Shown here in pieces: positions 1 to 11,071 of a DNA stretch of 64,000 bases. The notes under the pieces were generated by a model that saw only the letters and a program-made list of their open reading frames with translations, searched no databases and was not told the DNA's origin. Each line of letters opens with the position of its first letter. Positions within the stretch are counted from its first letter, which is position 1. Position numbers and translations under genes: made by a program. Source of the stretch: an uncultured Nitrososphaeraceae archaeon (GTDB lineage Archaea > Thermoproteota > Nitrososphaeria > Nitrososphaerales > Nitrososphaeraceae). The stretch lies in the NCBI GenBank assembly GCA_963779615.1, contig CAVZZA010000004.1:224001-288000 (forward strand), given 5' to 3'.

Positions 1-634
1 ATTTGTCAAAGAATACCAATTTCCATTGATTGTCAAGCCATGTGAAGGTTTTGGATCAAAGCTTTTCTTTATTGTTAATGATAATGACGATTTGGATTAT
101 GCAATTTCATCCATTCAAAGGCACGGATGGAGACCCCTAATGCAAAAATACTTGAGGGATGACAACAAAGAATTCACAACGGGTATCACAATAAACAGGG
201 ATGGACTGGAAATCATGTCATCAATAGTAATAAAAAAAATATTAAAACACGGTCAAACATACAAAGCCATAATAGATAACTATCCAGAAATAAAAGAGAC
301 ATCAGAGGAAACCGCAAAAAAAATTGGAGGAATTGGGGCAATAAACATCCAGTTGCGGGTTGATGATGATGATGATGGCAAAGCAAAAATAATTGAAATC
401 AACCCAAGGTTTTCTGCTACCTGCCCTCTTAGAACTGTCGCTGGGATCAACGAACCTGATATAGTGATGAGAAACACTTTGTTTGGGGAAAATATAAGAA
501 CTATGGACTATCGGTCTTTGATTTGCCTCCGCTATTGGAACGAAACCTATGTGGATTTGGAAAGGTTTAAGAAAATCAAATCTTCCGACGAAAAAATAAA
601 AAGTTTGAAATCAACCATTATAGACTATTTTTAA
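1..634 (+). CDS. ATP-grasp domain protein (carbamoyl-phosphate-synthase-large-subunit-like), 5' part outside the window
   Basis: IVKP..GFGS, INIQLR and IIEINPRFS are ATP-grasp motifs; the frame is open from the window start. Confidence 0.75.
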   Translation, partial: FVKEYQFPLIVKPCEGFGSKLFFIVNDNDDLDYAISSIQRHGWRPLMQKYLRDDNKEFTTGITINRDGLEIMSSIVIKKILKHGQTYKAIIDNYPEIKETSEETAKKIGGIGAINIQLRVDDDDDGKAKIIEINPRFSATCPLRTVAGINEPDIVMRNTLFGENIRTMDYRSLICLRYWNETYVDLERFKKIKSSDEKIKSLKSTIIDYF

Positions 635-650
635 AACTATTTTTATTGAT

Positions 651-1298
651 TCACCATTTTGTCGTTCTTACTACCTCAAAACATTCCGCATACTTGCAAT
701 TCATCTGGTAACCCCTGTAAGCAGCTCTCCCTGTTATTGCATCTATCCATATTGGTCCACACCTTATTTGTTGAGAATCAAAACAGTCCAGAGCAGCTTT
801 TTTAATTTCAATATAATCCGTCATGTCAACAAATAATTGAGATCGGAATGATTGTTCGGTCACTCCACCAGGGATTGTCGTTTCATACATGTACAAATCC
901 AAGGTGTCTCTTCCTGCCGAAATAACCGATTGGGTAAGAATTTGATGATCCTGATGTGAATCGCCAATCCATTGAGTGAACACTGCCTTTGGTTTATACA
1001 TGGAAATATACTTGTCGATTACTCCCACTAACTTCCTGCTGTGAATCATTTCATCAGGGGATAAATCCAGAAAATCCGGAGGGGAGCATCCCATTACTTT
1101 AGATGACCTTATGGCCTCCATCTTTCTCTCCTCTTTCTTATCCATTTCTGTAAAGTTTGGCAGTACTGCAATCACCATTTTTACGCTAAACCCTATTCGG
1201 GACAACTTGGCAATGGTCCCTGCCATCCCAATTTCCAGATCGTCAGGATGGGCCCCGAAAACCAAAATATTCCCTTGCTGGGTGTTGTCATTAACCAT
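651..1298 (-). CDS. PIG-L/LmbE family N-acetylglucosaminyl deacetylase
   Basis: GAHPDDLE and DSHQDH metal-binding motifs. Confidence 0.9.
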   Translation of the reverse strand: MVNDNTQQGNILVFGAHPDDLEIGMAGTIAKLSRIGFSVKMVIAVLPNFTEMDKKEERKMEAIRSSKVMGCSPPDFLDLSPDEMIHSRKLVGVIDKYISMYKPKAVFTQWIGDSHQDHQILTQSVISAGRDTLDLYMYETTIPGGVTEQSFRSQLFVDMTDYIEIKKAALDCFDSQQIRCGPIWIDAITGRAAYRGYQMNCKYAECFEVVRTTKW

Positions 1299-1324
1299 AT
1301 ATTATCATCATCTCGCAGTACTGA

Positions 1325-2287
1325 TTACACAGCTTTGTTTTTTAGAGCTTTAGGTTCATATTTTTCCCGCATTTGAATATACTCCCTATAGTCCTCATCT
1401 ATCTCTGTTGCCGCCTGCAGTATTTTGCTTTTTATGGCATTGGATGAGTTGATGAACATCTTTGTGTCTTTTGGAAGGCAGTGTCCCCCTATGCCGTCTC
1501 TTGGCTCCAGGACATTCACATTCCACTTTGTGTTGAGCGAATCGCGCAGCTCCGCAAAGCTGATGTTGGTTGACTTGCAGTAAAGGTACAGCTCTTCTGC
1601 AAATGCGATTTGAAGGTACCTGTGGGAATTTTCAATGATTTTGGTAAGCTCTGCCACCTCTATCGAGGAGACGGGATGCATCGGTATTGACAGCGCTTGT
1701 GCTTGGGGGTTTGTTGTGGTTAATGTGGATGATGAGGCAGAGGTATCCTTGTCCCCGCTGATTTTTCCATCATAAAACATTAGGCCCTCCTGCAGGCAGC
1801 ATTTGCTTACGCCGCCCAAAATGCGCAGTTGGTTGACCCCGTGCTCCTGCTCCTCAAGTGCATACCACCTGTGTGGAGCGTGTACAACGTGAAGCCTGTG
1901 GTCCAGTTTCTCAAACACCTTTTGGGACGTTCCCTTTGGTATGGTGCTTTCTATTGATATTAGTGCCCCTGATTTGGCTTCCCTTGATATTTTTTCAACG
2001 ACTGACATGAGCCCATTCACCTGTGGGGAGAACATGTCATCCGGCACATGTGTTGACACGCATATGATCAACACGTCAAAATCATTGAAGGTGCTGGCTT
2101 TTTTGATACCAAAATTTGATTCGGCGGTTGTCATGGCCTTTTCACTTATGTCATATCCATAAGCGTCAAAACCCTTTTCTTTTACGTATTTTGCGACAGG
2201 AAGGCCTAGTTGACCCAGTCCGATAACGACTACTTTATGGGTTATTTCGTGTTTAACTATATTGCTTTTCTTATTTTTAGGGTACAA
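1325..2287 (-). CDS. UDP-glucose/GDP-mannose/UDP-ManNAc dehydrogenase family protein, apparently lacking the C-terminal UDP-binding domain
   Basis: Rossmann GLGQLGLP, ESTIPKGT, ELTKIIENS and catalytic GIGGHCLPKD; only 320 aa. Confidence 0.8.
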   Translation of the reverse strand: MYPKNKKSNIVKHEITHKVVVIGLGQLGLPVAKYVKEKGFDAYGYDISEKAMTTAESNFGIKKASTFNDFDVLIICVSTHVPDDMFSPQVNGLMSVVEKISREAKSGALISIESTIPKGTSQKVFEKLDHRLHVVHAPHRWYALEEQEHGVNQLRILGGVSKCCLQEGLMFYDGKISGDKDTSASSSTLTTTNPQAQALSIPMHPVSSIEVAELTKIIENSHRYLQIAFAEELYLYCKSTNISFAELRDSLNTKWNVNVLEPRDGIGGHCLPKDTKMFINSSNAIKSKILQAATEIDEDYREYIQMREKYEPKALKNKAV

Positions 2288-2424
2288 ATATGCTTTTAGA
2301 CTCTTTCTAAGTTATTAAAGAATTAAGATAGACTTGTTCGAAATTAAATAACCTTATAATTTTATATAAATTTTTTTCCTTTGTTAATACACCATGATTT
2401 TTTATCCCCATCTCTTCAAATTTT

Positions 2425-3570
2425 ATGGTAAAAAGTTATATATCACGGTTAAGGTCAAATTATTTAGTGCTTAATAATCTAAGAAATAAATTTGATCCAA
2501 TATTAGAAAAGGTAGGTGTAGGATTTGCAAATTTAGGTTATGGACCTAATTTCTGGACATGGCTAGGTTTAATTTTATCAATTATATCCGCTATTATGTT
2601 TTCGCTACATTCACCTTCAGTAGGAGCAAATTGGTATACTGCGACATTCCTTGGAGGTTTATTTTTAATAGTAGCAGGCTTTTTTGATGCAATAGACGGA
2701 ACAGTAGCAAGGGTAACCAAAAGAACGTCTGCATTAGGCTCTTTTTTAGATTCCATAATAGATAAAGTATCTGAAATAGTTATTTTTATAGGCATTTTAA
2801 TAGGTAATTTTACCAATCCAGTTTTAGTACTGGTTACATTATCACTTTCCATTCTAGTAAGCTATACCAGAGCACGAGCAGAATCAATGGGGATAGACCT
2901 TAAAGGAAAAGGGATTGCAGAAAGAGCCGAAAGGATTTTGATTTTGTCGATTCTGGCATTTATTCCATTTCAAGACAATATATCAGTAGCCTTATGGATA
3001 ATATCAATTCTGGCAGTCATAACAATCCTGGAAAGGTTAAAGATAGTATCAGCAGTGTTTGGCGCTTCACTTTTTTCAGTGGAATCATTTAGCCAAATAT
3101 TCAAGAGAGATAGTAGCATGGCAGGTTCAAACTATTCAACAACAGGACGTCAAGATACAACAAAAGTTGATAGTGACAAACCATCATCATCATCATCGTC
3201 CAGATTATCGGATAGTGTAAGGGAGATATTACATAAGCCTGACACCAAAAAGAATGAAAAACTAGAAGAATCCAAACCATATAAAACTGAAAAGGCAAGC
3301 TTTTTGGACAAAACCGATCCTAATGAAATGGGAAGAAATACAGAGCAAATAATATCTGAACTGGAAAACGAAGATAAAAAATTTATGAGTAAAAAACCAC
3401 CATCATCCTCCGCTTCAACAACAGATTCCGCTTCAACAACATCTCCCCCTAAGCCTGAAAATAAAAATGACAAACCAACCGCCTCCACCACCACCACGGA
3501 TCCAACATCAGACCCTGAAAACAACGAGGCAAACGAAAACACCAAAAAATCAGATTCAAGCTCCCCATAA
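2425..3570 (+). CDS. CDP-alcohol phosphatidyltransferase (archaetidylinositol phosphate synthase-like) with a long low-complexity C-terminal tail
   Basis: DAIDGTVAR...G.FLDSIIDK signature, SYTRARAES and TM helices; the true start may be slightly downstream. Confidence 0.85.
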   Translation: MVKSYISRLRSNYLVLNNLRNKFDPILEKVGVGFANLGYGPNFWTWLGLILSIISAIMFSLHSPSVGANWYTATFLGGLFLIVAGFFDAIDGTVARVTKRTSALGSFLDSIIDKVSEIVIFIGILIGNFTNPVLVLVTLSLSILVSYTRARAESMGIDLKGKGIAERAERILILSILAFIPFQDNISVALWIISILAVITILERLKIVSAVFGASLFSVESFSQIFKRDSSMAGSNYSTTGRQDTTKVDSDKPSSSSSSRLSDSVREILHKPDTKKNEKLEESKPYKTEKASFLDKTDPNEMGRNTEQIISELENEDKKFMSKKPPSSSASTTDSASTTSPPKPENKNDKPTASTTTTDPTSDPENNEANENTKKSDSSSP

Positions 3571-3741
3571 TATTGCGAATAGGCCATTACTTTTTATTAT
3601 TTCATCATTCGATTTTTAGATTGTAACATTTGATTGCTAAAAAAGATGAATCAAGCAATTATTAAAAATAAATGCATGAACAAATGAACAAATAAATAAT
3701 AATTTATAAAATTAAATTTTAAGACTATGGAATGAGATTTC

Positions 3742-4029
3742 TTAACCTAACTTTCCTGAATTTCTTCTATCATTTTCCGAACGTACTTTCACTATACCTC
3801 TGTGTACCGCGCAAGATACACAATAAAACTTTACATCAGTTGATGGTGCAATATATGCCCCCTGCAATTTTAATTCTTTTGCAAGAGTTGGTTCCACTAA
3901 AGTAATTCTGCCGGTAATTTTCTTTGCTTTATCCCTAGGCACCATTGCGCCGCATTGACTACAATGAACAGTTCCTGAACTTCCCTTTCCGCCTTTGGTT
4001 CTACCCCTACTAGTTCTTTTTTTAGGCAT
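3742..4029 (-). CDS. rps26e: 30S ribosomal protein S26e
   Basis: MPKKR..RGR, CSQCG..VPRDKA and YCVSCAVH zinc finger. Confidence 0.95.
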   Translation of the reverse strand: MPKKRTSRGRTKGGKGSSGTVHCSQCGAMVPRDKAKKITGRITLVEPTLAKELKLQGAYIAPSTDVKFYCVSCAVHRGIVKVRSENDRRNSGKLG

Positions 4030-4546
4030 CCATTAGTTACGAGACTATTTCTATCCTTTAAATCTTATGATAACCTTATTATAGGATTGTTAAAAACAAT
4101 TTATTTAGGCAGATTATTGTAACAATTAGCATTGTATCCCGTGCCACTATGCATATCCAATGCACGAATGGACAAATTCCTGAATGCGAACATACTTAAT
4201 TTGATATTGCAAATTAGCATCAATTAAAAATAACCACAGCACGCAGATGAAATTATAGTTGTAATATATCTTTTCAGTTGTAAAAATTTGTTATCCATTT
4301 TATCGTGTAATCGACCCACATAATTCAGGCATTTATTTTTAGTATCAAAAAAAATTTCCTGTTACCTTTTGTTTTGGTGCATTCTTCACGTTCGGTTGGT
4401 TTTTGGCAAGAATATTGGATGATACCCTACGAAAAATAACCGGATTAAACTCCCACATTACCATTATTCAAAATATGGCCTGCTAATAAAGACAATAAAA
4501 AAAACAAACTTTATTAAATTACCTTAATTTAACAAAGATTTACAGA

Positions 4547-5551
4547 ATGCGAATTGCTTTATCAGGATTTACCGGAAAGGATTCAACAGTTTTATCCCAG
4601 TTAATCAAATCATTAGACGAGTCCCATATTCAAACATTAATGATGAACAACTCAAATCAGGAAATAGCAAAAGATGTCGATCTTGTGTTAGTTCCCGGAG
4701 GTGACAGAGGAATTTTAAACTACTTTCATAAAGTAACTGTTGAATCGGCGCCAGTTTTAGGTATTTATGAATCAAACTCCACAGGTTTTCTTGCGCAAAT
4801 TGATGCAAAAGGCATTGATTCAATCAAGGACAAACTAAAGTCTGGAAATTATGAAATAAGAGAGGAGGAAAGAGTAGCCGTAAATGTCGATAATAAAGAT
4901 GTAGAGCCGGTATTAAACGATGTCGCAATTTTTTCGAATAAAAGTGCTGTTTTGATGGAGCATTTCCTACGGATAAACAATAAGGACATTTGGCATGATA
5001 ACAGTGATGGAGTTATTATAGCAACCCCTATAGGTTCAACAGCATATGCAATGTCAGCAGGGGGGCCGATGGTATTGCAGAATTCTCATGTTTTCGTCGC
5101 TATTTCCGTGAATTCTTTAGATAACACCAGAAGGCCACTTATTGTTTCCAGTGATAGCTTTATTGAAATAGCTGACATAACATCAAGTCACCATTGCGAG
5201 GTGATTTTGGACGGTACCTTCAGGATAAAAATTACTGATAAACTGCAATGTCACAAACATGAATTTCCAGCCAAGCTCGTTACCTTAGATAACAATTATT
5301 CAGCAACAAACATCATTGAAAAAAAAGTCAAATACGCTGAAGACCTGCTGAAAATGCCACCCAGTGCAAAATTGATTTTAAAAACTTTGGAATATGAAGG
5401 CACAATGACCCAAAAAGATCTGATCAACAAGACAATGCTGCCTGAAAGAACAATAAGACTGTCGTTATCTCATTTACTAAATCGAGGATATGTAAAAAAA
5501 AAAATATCCCTGAGAGACGCCAGACAAAAAATATACGAGTTAAAAATTTAA
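4547..5551 (+). CDS. NAD(+) kinase family protein with C-terminal winged helix-turn-helix
   Basis: GGDRG (GGDGT-like), LNDV and DGVIIATPIGSTAYAMSAGGP; C-terminal PPSAKLILKTL...LPERTIRLSLSHL wHTH. Confidence 0.85.
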   Translation: MRIALSGFTGKDSTVLSQLIKSLDESHIQTLMMNNSNQEIAKDVDLVLVPGGDRGILNYFHKVTVESAPVLGIYESNSTGFLAQIDAKGIDSIKDKLKSGNYEIREEERVAVNVDNKDVEPVLNDVAIFSNKSAVLMEHFLRINNKDIWHDNSDGVIIATPIGSTAYAMSAGGPMVLQNSHVFVAISVNSLDNTRRPLIVSSDSFIEIADITSSHHCEVILDGTFRIKITDKLQCHKHEFPAKLVTLDNNYSATNIIEKKVKYAEDLLKMPPSAKLILKTLEYEGTMTQKDLINKTMLPERTIRLSLSHLLNRGYVKKKISLRDARQKIYELKI

Positions 5552-7212
5552 CTGCTGCTTTTTTTCAATTTGTCTTTTATTGAGGCCTTGATGAAATACT
5601 CAAAAGACGGCTCAGGTTTGCCTGGCCTGCTATGAAATTCTCCATGATATTGAATTCCGAAATAAAAACTATGATCAGGTATTTCCAATATCTCAATCCT
5701 TTTTTTGTGATCCGAGGACCCGGTAAATCTCATACCATATTTTTCAAACAGTTCCCTATACTCTTGATTGAATTCATACCTATGTCGGTGCCTTCGCTTG
5801 ATTGAGGCCTTATTATATAGCCCAAATGCAACAGAATCTGAATCTATTTCGATTTTGTGCAGCCCCAACCTCATTGTCCCTCCATAGTTTTTCAACTGTT
5901 CTTGTTCTGGCATATACACTACCACGGGATTTTTTGTATTTTGGTTTATTTCAGTGGTGTTGGCATCAGATAGATTACAAATATTCCTTGCAAAGGCAAC
6001 TATTGCCAATTGAAATCCAAAACATATTCCCAGGTAGGGTATATTGTTTTGCCGGGCATAGTTTGACGCATTTATTATACCTTCACTTCCCCTGCTCCCA
6101 AAGCCACCAGGTATTAATATCCCATCGTAGGTATCAAGTGATTTTAACCTTTTGCTTAAAGGGGGGGAGCCAGTTGTTCCACCCTGCTCATTAGGTTTTA
6201 CCTCTAATCTTTCAGAGTCTATCCATTCAATTTGTATTTCTTTTCCAAATTTCGCACCAGAGTGTAATAGAGCTTGGTATACACTAACATAGCTATCCCT
6301 TAGATCAACATATTTCCCGATTATTGCGATTTTTATAGATCCCTTAAAGGCGGTGTATGTTTTGGATATTTGTTTCCAACTTGAGATATTTGGTTTGGTT
6401 GTCAAATTTAATTTTTTTAGAATCACCTTTGTAATTCCTTGCTCATAGAGAACTTCGGGAACAGAATAAATTGATGGCATGTCGTGACAGGACATTACAG
6501 ATTCGGGAGAGATATTTGCGAAAAGAGATAATTTTCGGATTGTTTCGGGTGTCAGCTGTGTTTTACATCTGACAGCCAACAGATCTGGTTGAATACCTAT
6601 TCTACGCAACTCTTGCACACTATGTTGTGTTGGTTTGGTTTTTTGCTCTCCAACAGTATCCAAAACAGGTGCCAAGGTTACATGTATAAAAAATGAATTT
6701 GAATTCTCGTCTTCCAGTTTCATTTGTCTTATTGCCTCCAAAAATGGTAAACTTTCAATATCGCCAACAGTGCCTCCACACTCTACGACCAATACATGTA
6801 GTTGTTCCTTTCTTGATATTTCTCTTAATTGGTTTTTAATTTCATCGGTTATGTGAGGGATTATTTGAACGCACTGGCCCAGATATTTACCCTCTCTTTC
6901 AGATTTGATCACATTTGAAAAAATTCTTCCTGTAGTGATATTGTGTCCTGAGGTTAAGTTTATGTCCAGAAAACGTTCATAGTTTCCAACATCCATATCA
7001 CACTCACCGCCATCATCAGTAACAAATACCTCCCCATGTGTAAGTGGATTCATTGTTCCTGCGTCATAATTGACATATGGGTCGATTTTAACACATGATA
7101 CCTTTAGTCCGCACAGTTGTAACAGTTTTGCAGTTGAAGAAGTTACAATCCCCTTCCCTAAACCAGACATTACACCACCTGTGACAAATATAAATTTTGG
7201 AGGAATAACCAT
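5548..7212 (-). CDS. pyrG: CTP synthase
   Basis: KFIFVTGGVMSGLGKG, GGTVGDIES, GICFG and RHRHRYE; start placed at ATG 7212 by homology. Confidence 0.97.
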   Translation of the reverse strand: MVIPPKFIFVTGGVMSGLGKGIVTSSTAKLLQLCGLKVSCVKIDPYVNYDAGTMNPLTHGEVFVTDDGGECDMDVGNYERFLDINLTSGHNITTGRIFSNVIKSEREGKYLGQCVQIIPHITDEIKNQLREISRKEQLHVLVVECGGTVGDIESLPFLEAIRQMKLEDENSNSFFIHVTLAPVLDTVGEQKTKPTQHSVQELRRIGIQPDLLAVRCKTQLTPETIRKLSLFANISPESVMSCHDMPSIYSVPEVLYEQGITKVILKKLNLTTKPNISSWKQISKTYTAFKGSIKIAIIGKYVDLRDSYVSVYQALLHSGAKFGKEIQIEWIDSERLEVKPNEQGGTTGSPPLSKRLKSLDTYDGILIPGGFGSRGSEGIINASNYARQNNIPYLGICFGFQLAIVAFARNICNLSDANTTEINQNTKNPVVVYMPEQEQLKNYGGTMRLGLHKIEIDSDSVAFGLYNKASIKRRHRHRYEFNQEYRELFEKYGMRFTGSSDHKKRIEILEIPDHSFYFGIQYHGEFHSRPGKPEPSFEYFIKASIKDKLKKSSS

Positions 7213-7618
7213 AACTTTATAGAAAAGGTAAATCAAGTTATCTATAATTAAGTGTTTTTTATTAAAAATCAGTTTAAGACTCAATTGACATTGTGCTGCC
7301 GCAATCACACATGTTTTTTAAACCCTATGCAAGTAAACGAATTGGGGATTGAAAAGGACGATAACAGCATATGTGTGCTGCTAGTGCTACCTAATTAATC
7401 AAAACGGTCCTAAACACAATAATTCACCATCACACACCCAATCTGTTTTTACAACATATAAACAATGTTTTGACTGACCCACAACAAATCAAACCAGAAC
7501 GTTTTCCTTGGTTGTTCTCACTCATCCTTCACAAAGGTCTGCAAATTACTGTCTCACCATAACAAATGAAAAAATAAAGGTTTTTGTATTCCCTTTTATA
7601 TAGAATATTATTCATATA

Positions 7619-8014
7619 ATGAATTCTTCAAAAAGTGATGACAGTGATTCTGATAACAAAGATATTAATGTAAAAGGGAAAGGCGCATTAGATATGCTAC
7701 ACAAGGATATTTCAAGAGAAAATGAAAAAAACATGAATTTGAAAATTTCAGACATCTATGGAGTCGACTATGATGAAGCAAATGAGATCCATACAAATTA
7801 CCATACTCTTAGAATACAAAACCTTATAAAAAAATCAGAAATTTTGTTTAAAATGAGTCCAGCATTAGAGAACCTTTTTGATATTACAAATTTATCCTCA
7901 AAAGTCGTCACAGGCGAGATAACAGAAAACAGTTGTTTGGACATATTAATTAACACGGTCAAAAATCACACAGAATACAAAAAAAAGGACAGATACATCA
8001 ATTTTTACAGCTAA
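7619..8014 (+). CDS. hypothetical protein
   Basis: 131-aa ORF with an AT-rich TATA-like upstream region, co-oriented with trpC; no motif recognised. Confidence 0.55.
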   Translation: MNSSKSDDSDSDNKDINVKGKGALDMLHKDISRENEKNMNLKISDIYGVDYDEANEIHTNYHTLRIQNLIKKSEILFKMSPALENLFDITNLSSKVVTGEITENSCLDILINTVKNHTEYKKKDRYINFYS

Positions 8015-8043
8015 CCTAGAGTTTCCATGCAAGGCACGTCTTT

Positions 8044-8943
8044 ATGTCAAACGAATTCGGGAAAGAAAACTATGAAACTGCATTTAAATTTAAATATGGT
8101 GTAAAAAATAATTTGAAATTCTTTGATAACAAGTCCGTATTAAAAACGCTTGTTGACAATTCGTTTAAAGCTATTGACAATGGTTTTTATGATTTGAAAA
8201 ATGGCCCTAATTTCTATAATCACACAAAAATTAACCTGAAACAAAAAATAATCCACTGCACACACGTCCCCTTAATAACGGAATTAAAGTTTGCGTCACC
8301 CTCCAAAGGTACTATGTTAGATTCAGGTAAAGTAAGTGTGGAGACTGTAGTAACAGAAATGGAAAAAGCGCACTCGTCTGGAATTTCAATATTGACACAG
8401 CCTTTTCTTTTCAATGGATCCATAGGCCATATTCTAAGGGCTCGAAAAAAAACTATTTTGCCAATACTAATGAAGGACATTATCGTAAGCGATGTGCAAA
8501 TTACCACAGCAAAGGAAATAGGGGCGGATTGCATCCTATTGATTAAAACGATTTTTGACAAGGACATGACAGAGGGCAGTTTAGAGAAATTTAGCGCACA
8601 TGCAAAAAAAATAGGATTGCAAGTAATAGTTGAAACTCATTCCGTGAATGAATTCAAGGAGGCTGTTGAATTGAATAATGCGGGAGAAAAAATGTTTGAC
8701 ATTATTGGAATCAATAACAGGAATTTGGACACATTAAAAATTGACTTGGACGCAACCAAGACAATTCTTTCATCCTGCGAAAAGCATGGAAATTTGGTTC
8801 TGTCAGAGAGTGGAATATACTCAAAAAAAGATATTCTGTATTTGAAGGAATCCGGGGCTGATGCATTTTTAATTGGCACAAGCCTTATGGAAAACATCAC
8901 CGACCTGGAAAAAGAAATTAATGAATTGTATATGGCCTACTGA
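8044..8943 (+). CDS. trpC: indole-3-glycerol phosphate synthase
   Basis: [27 protein letters not shown] and LSESGI. Confidence 0.95.
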   Translation: MSNEFGKENYETAFKFKYGVKNNLKFFDNKSVLKTLVDNSFKAIDNGFYDLKNGPNFYNHTKINLKQKIIHCTHVPLITELKFASPSKGTMLDSGKVSVETVVTEMEKAHSSGISILTQPFLFNGSIGHILRARKKTILPILMKDIIVSDVQITTAKEIGADCILLIKTIFDKDMTEGSLEKFSAHAKKIGLQVIVETHSVNEFKEAVELNNAGEKMFDIIGINNRNLDTLKIDLDATKTILSSCEKHGNLVLSESGIYSKKDILYLKESGADAFLIGTSLMENITDLEKEINELYMAY

Positions 8944-8998
8944 AAAAATAACAGGTAAATTATTAAGTAACAGTAATCAATTTTATTTAAATTATCCA

Positions 8999-10207
8999 AT
9001 GAAACAGAGCAATATAGGAAAGTTCGGCATCTTTGGAGGAAGACATGTTCCAGAAACTTTAATTCCAGCTTTAGATGAATTAGAATACAATTACCAAAAA
9101 CTAAGAAAAAATAAACAGTTTCAAAAAGAATTGACCCATTTATTACAAAATTATGCCGGAAGGCCAACACCTCTATATTATGCCAAAAATTTAACTAACT
9201 ACCTAAAAGGCCCAAAAATATTTTTGAAAAGAGAGGATCTTTTACACAGTGGGGCCCACAAAATCAACAACACCCTTGGTCAAGCTTTACTTGCCCACAA
9301 AATGGGAAAAAAGAGAATTATAGCAGAAACAGGCGCAGGACAGCATGGCGTGGCAACAGCAATGGCCTCGGCATTATTTGGCTTAGAAACAGAAATCTAC
9401 ATGGGCGCTAAAGATGTGGAAAGACAACAATCAAACGTTTTTAGGATGAGGCTGCTTAACGCAAAGGTTCATCCTGTTACGTCCGGCTCAATGACACTAA
9501 AAGATTCGGTAAATGAGGCATTACGTGATTGGATAACAAACGTAAAAACCACGCACTATTTGATAGGCACAGTTATGGGCCCACATCCATTCCCTACAAT
9601 AGTAAGGGACTTTCAAAGTGTCATAGGGATGGAAATAAAAGAGCAAATAATTCAGGAAACCGGAGCGTTGCCAGATTCCGTTATTGCGTGTGTTGGTGGC
9701 GGGAGCAATGCGATAGGGACATTTTTTCCATTTTTAAACGATGACAAGGTAGAGCTTTATGGTATTGAGGCCGGGGGAAAAGGAATGGCATCAGGCCATC
9801 ACGCCGCAACACTGTCCAAAGGCAAAATCGGCATTCTCCACGGAATGAAAAGTTATTTTCTCCAAGACAAAAACGGACAAATAAAAGAAGCGCACAGTAT
9901 CTCTGCAGGGCTTGACTATCCTGGGGTTGGGCCTGAGCATGCCTACCTTAAAGACAGCAAAAGAGTAAAATACTCTGTCGTTACTGACGATGAGGCATTA
10001 AAAGCATTTTTACTTTTATCCAAATTAGAGGGAATAATACCTGCTTTAGAGTCCTCTCATGCCATAGCTTACCTAGCGAAGCATTCAAAAAAGTTTTCCA
10101 GAGATACCTCTGTTGTGGTTACCATTTCTGGAAGAGGCGATAAGGATCTTCAAATAGTTAGGGAAAAAATCGATGAAAAAACAAAAAGTGAAACGAAAGA
10201 TGTATGA
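8999..10207 (+). CDS. trpB: tryptophan synthase beta chain
   Basis: [15 protein letters not shown] (PLP lysine), AETGAGQHG and [13 protein letters not shown]; start placed at ATG 8999. Confidence 0.97.
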   Translation: MKQSNIGKFGIFGGRHVPETLIPALDELEYNYQKLRKNKQFQKELTHLLQNYAGRPTPLYYAKNLTNYLKGPKIFLKREDLLHSGAHKINNTLGQALLAHKMGKKRIIAETGAGQHGVATAMASALFGLETEIYMGAKDVERQQSNVFRMRLLNAKVHPVTSGSMTLKDSVNEALRDWITNVKTTHYLIGTVMGPHPFPTIVRDFQSVIGMEIKEQIIQETGALPDSVIACVGGGSNAIGTFFPFLNDDKVELYGIEAGGKGMASGHHAATLSKGKIGILHGMKSYFLQDKNGQIKEAHSISAGLDYPGVGPEHAYLKDSKRVKYSVVTDDEALKAFLLLSKLEGIIPALESSHAIAYLAKHSKKFSRDTSVVVTISGRGDKDLQIVREKIDEKTKSETKDV

Positions 10208-11034
10208 GAAGAATGAATGAAAAAAACAAAGTGAAATCCCTGTTTGAAAGCCTTTCTAAAAAAGGAGAAAAAGCATTGATTTGCTACATTGTAGGGGGAT
10301 ACCCAGATGTAGAAACGTCTAAGGAAATCATAAAAACCCTAATAGATTCGGGTGCAGATATCATTGAAATAGGCATACCCTTTTCAGATCCTATGGCAGA
10401 TGGGCCCATCATTCAAAGCGCGTTAATAAAATCACTAGCAAAAGGAACAACGCCACTAGTATGCTTTAACATTGTAAGGGAATTAAGGAAAACCTACAGC
10501 AATACACCTTTTCTTTTCATGACATATTCAAACATTGTGTTTTCAAATAATTTGAACAATTTTTTAAAAGCCGCAAAAAAAAGTGACATAGACGGATTTA
10601 TCATACCGGATTTGAACATTGAGGATTCTCAAGACTACATCAACATTACAAAAAAATTAGGGTTGGCAACAATATTCTTGTGTGCCCCCAATACAAGTAA
10701 TAAGAGATTGGTTGAAATAGCATCAACCTCCTCTGGATTTGTGTATATGGTTTCAGTTTTTGGCATTACCGGATCAAGAAACAAATTTGAAAAATATACT
10801 TTTGAGGCAATATCTACAACCAGGGAAATTACCAACAGATGCAAAATTCCCCTTGCTGTTGGCTTTGGAATAAGCAGCCCCAGTGATGGAAAAAAAATGC
10901 TAAAATCAGGCGCAGATGGAATAATTGTGGGAAGTTCCTTAATGAAAATAATCATGGAGAATGAAAAAGACAAAGACAAAATGTTGTTGCTTTTGAGTAA
11001 CTTTACAAAGGATTTAAAGAAAATATGTAGATAG
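10204..11034 (+). CDS. trpA: tryptophan synthase alpha chain
   Basis: [17 protein letters not shown] and VGFGIS; ATGA overlap with trpB. Confidence 0.97.
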   Translation: MRRMNEKNKVKSLFESLSKKGEKALICYIVGGYPDVETSKEIIKTLIDSGADIIEIGIPFSDPMADGPIIQSALIKSLAKGTTPLVCFNIVRELRKTYSNTPFLFMTYSNIVFSNNLNNFLKAAKKSDIDGFIIPDLNIEDSQDYINITKKLGLATIFLCAPNTSNKRLVEIASTSSGFVYMVSVFGITGSRNKFEKYTFEAISTTREITNRCKIPLAVGFGISSPSDGKKMLKSGADGIIVGSSLMKIIMENEKDKDKMLLLLSNFTKDLKKICR

Positions 11035-11071
11035 TTTTTTTATCAGGTATCGGCGGCGGTTTTTTAACAAG

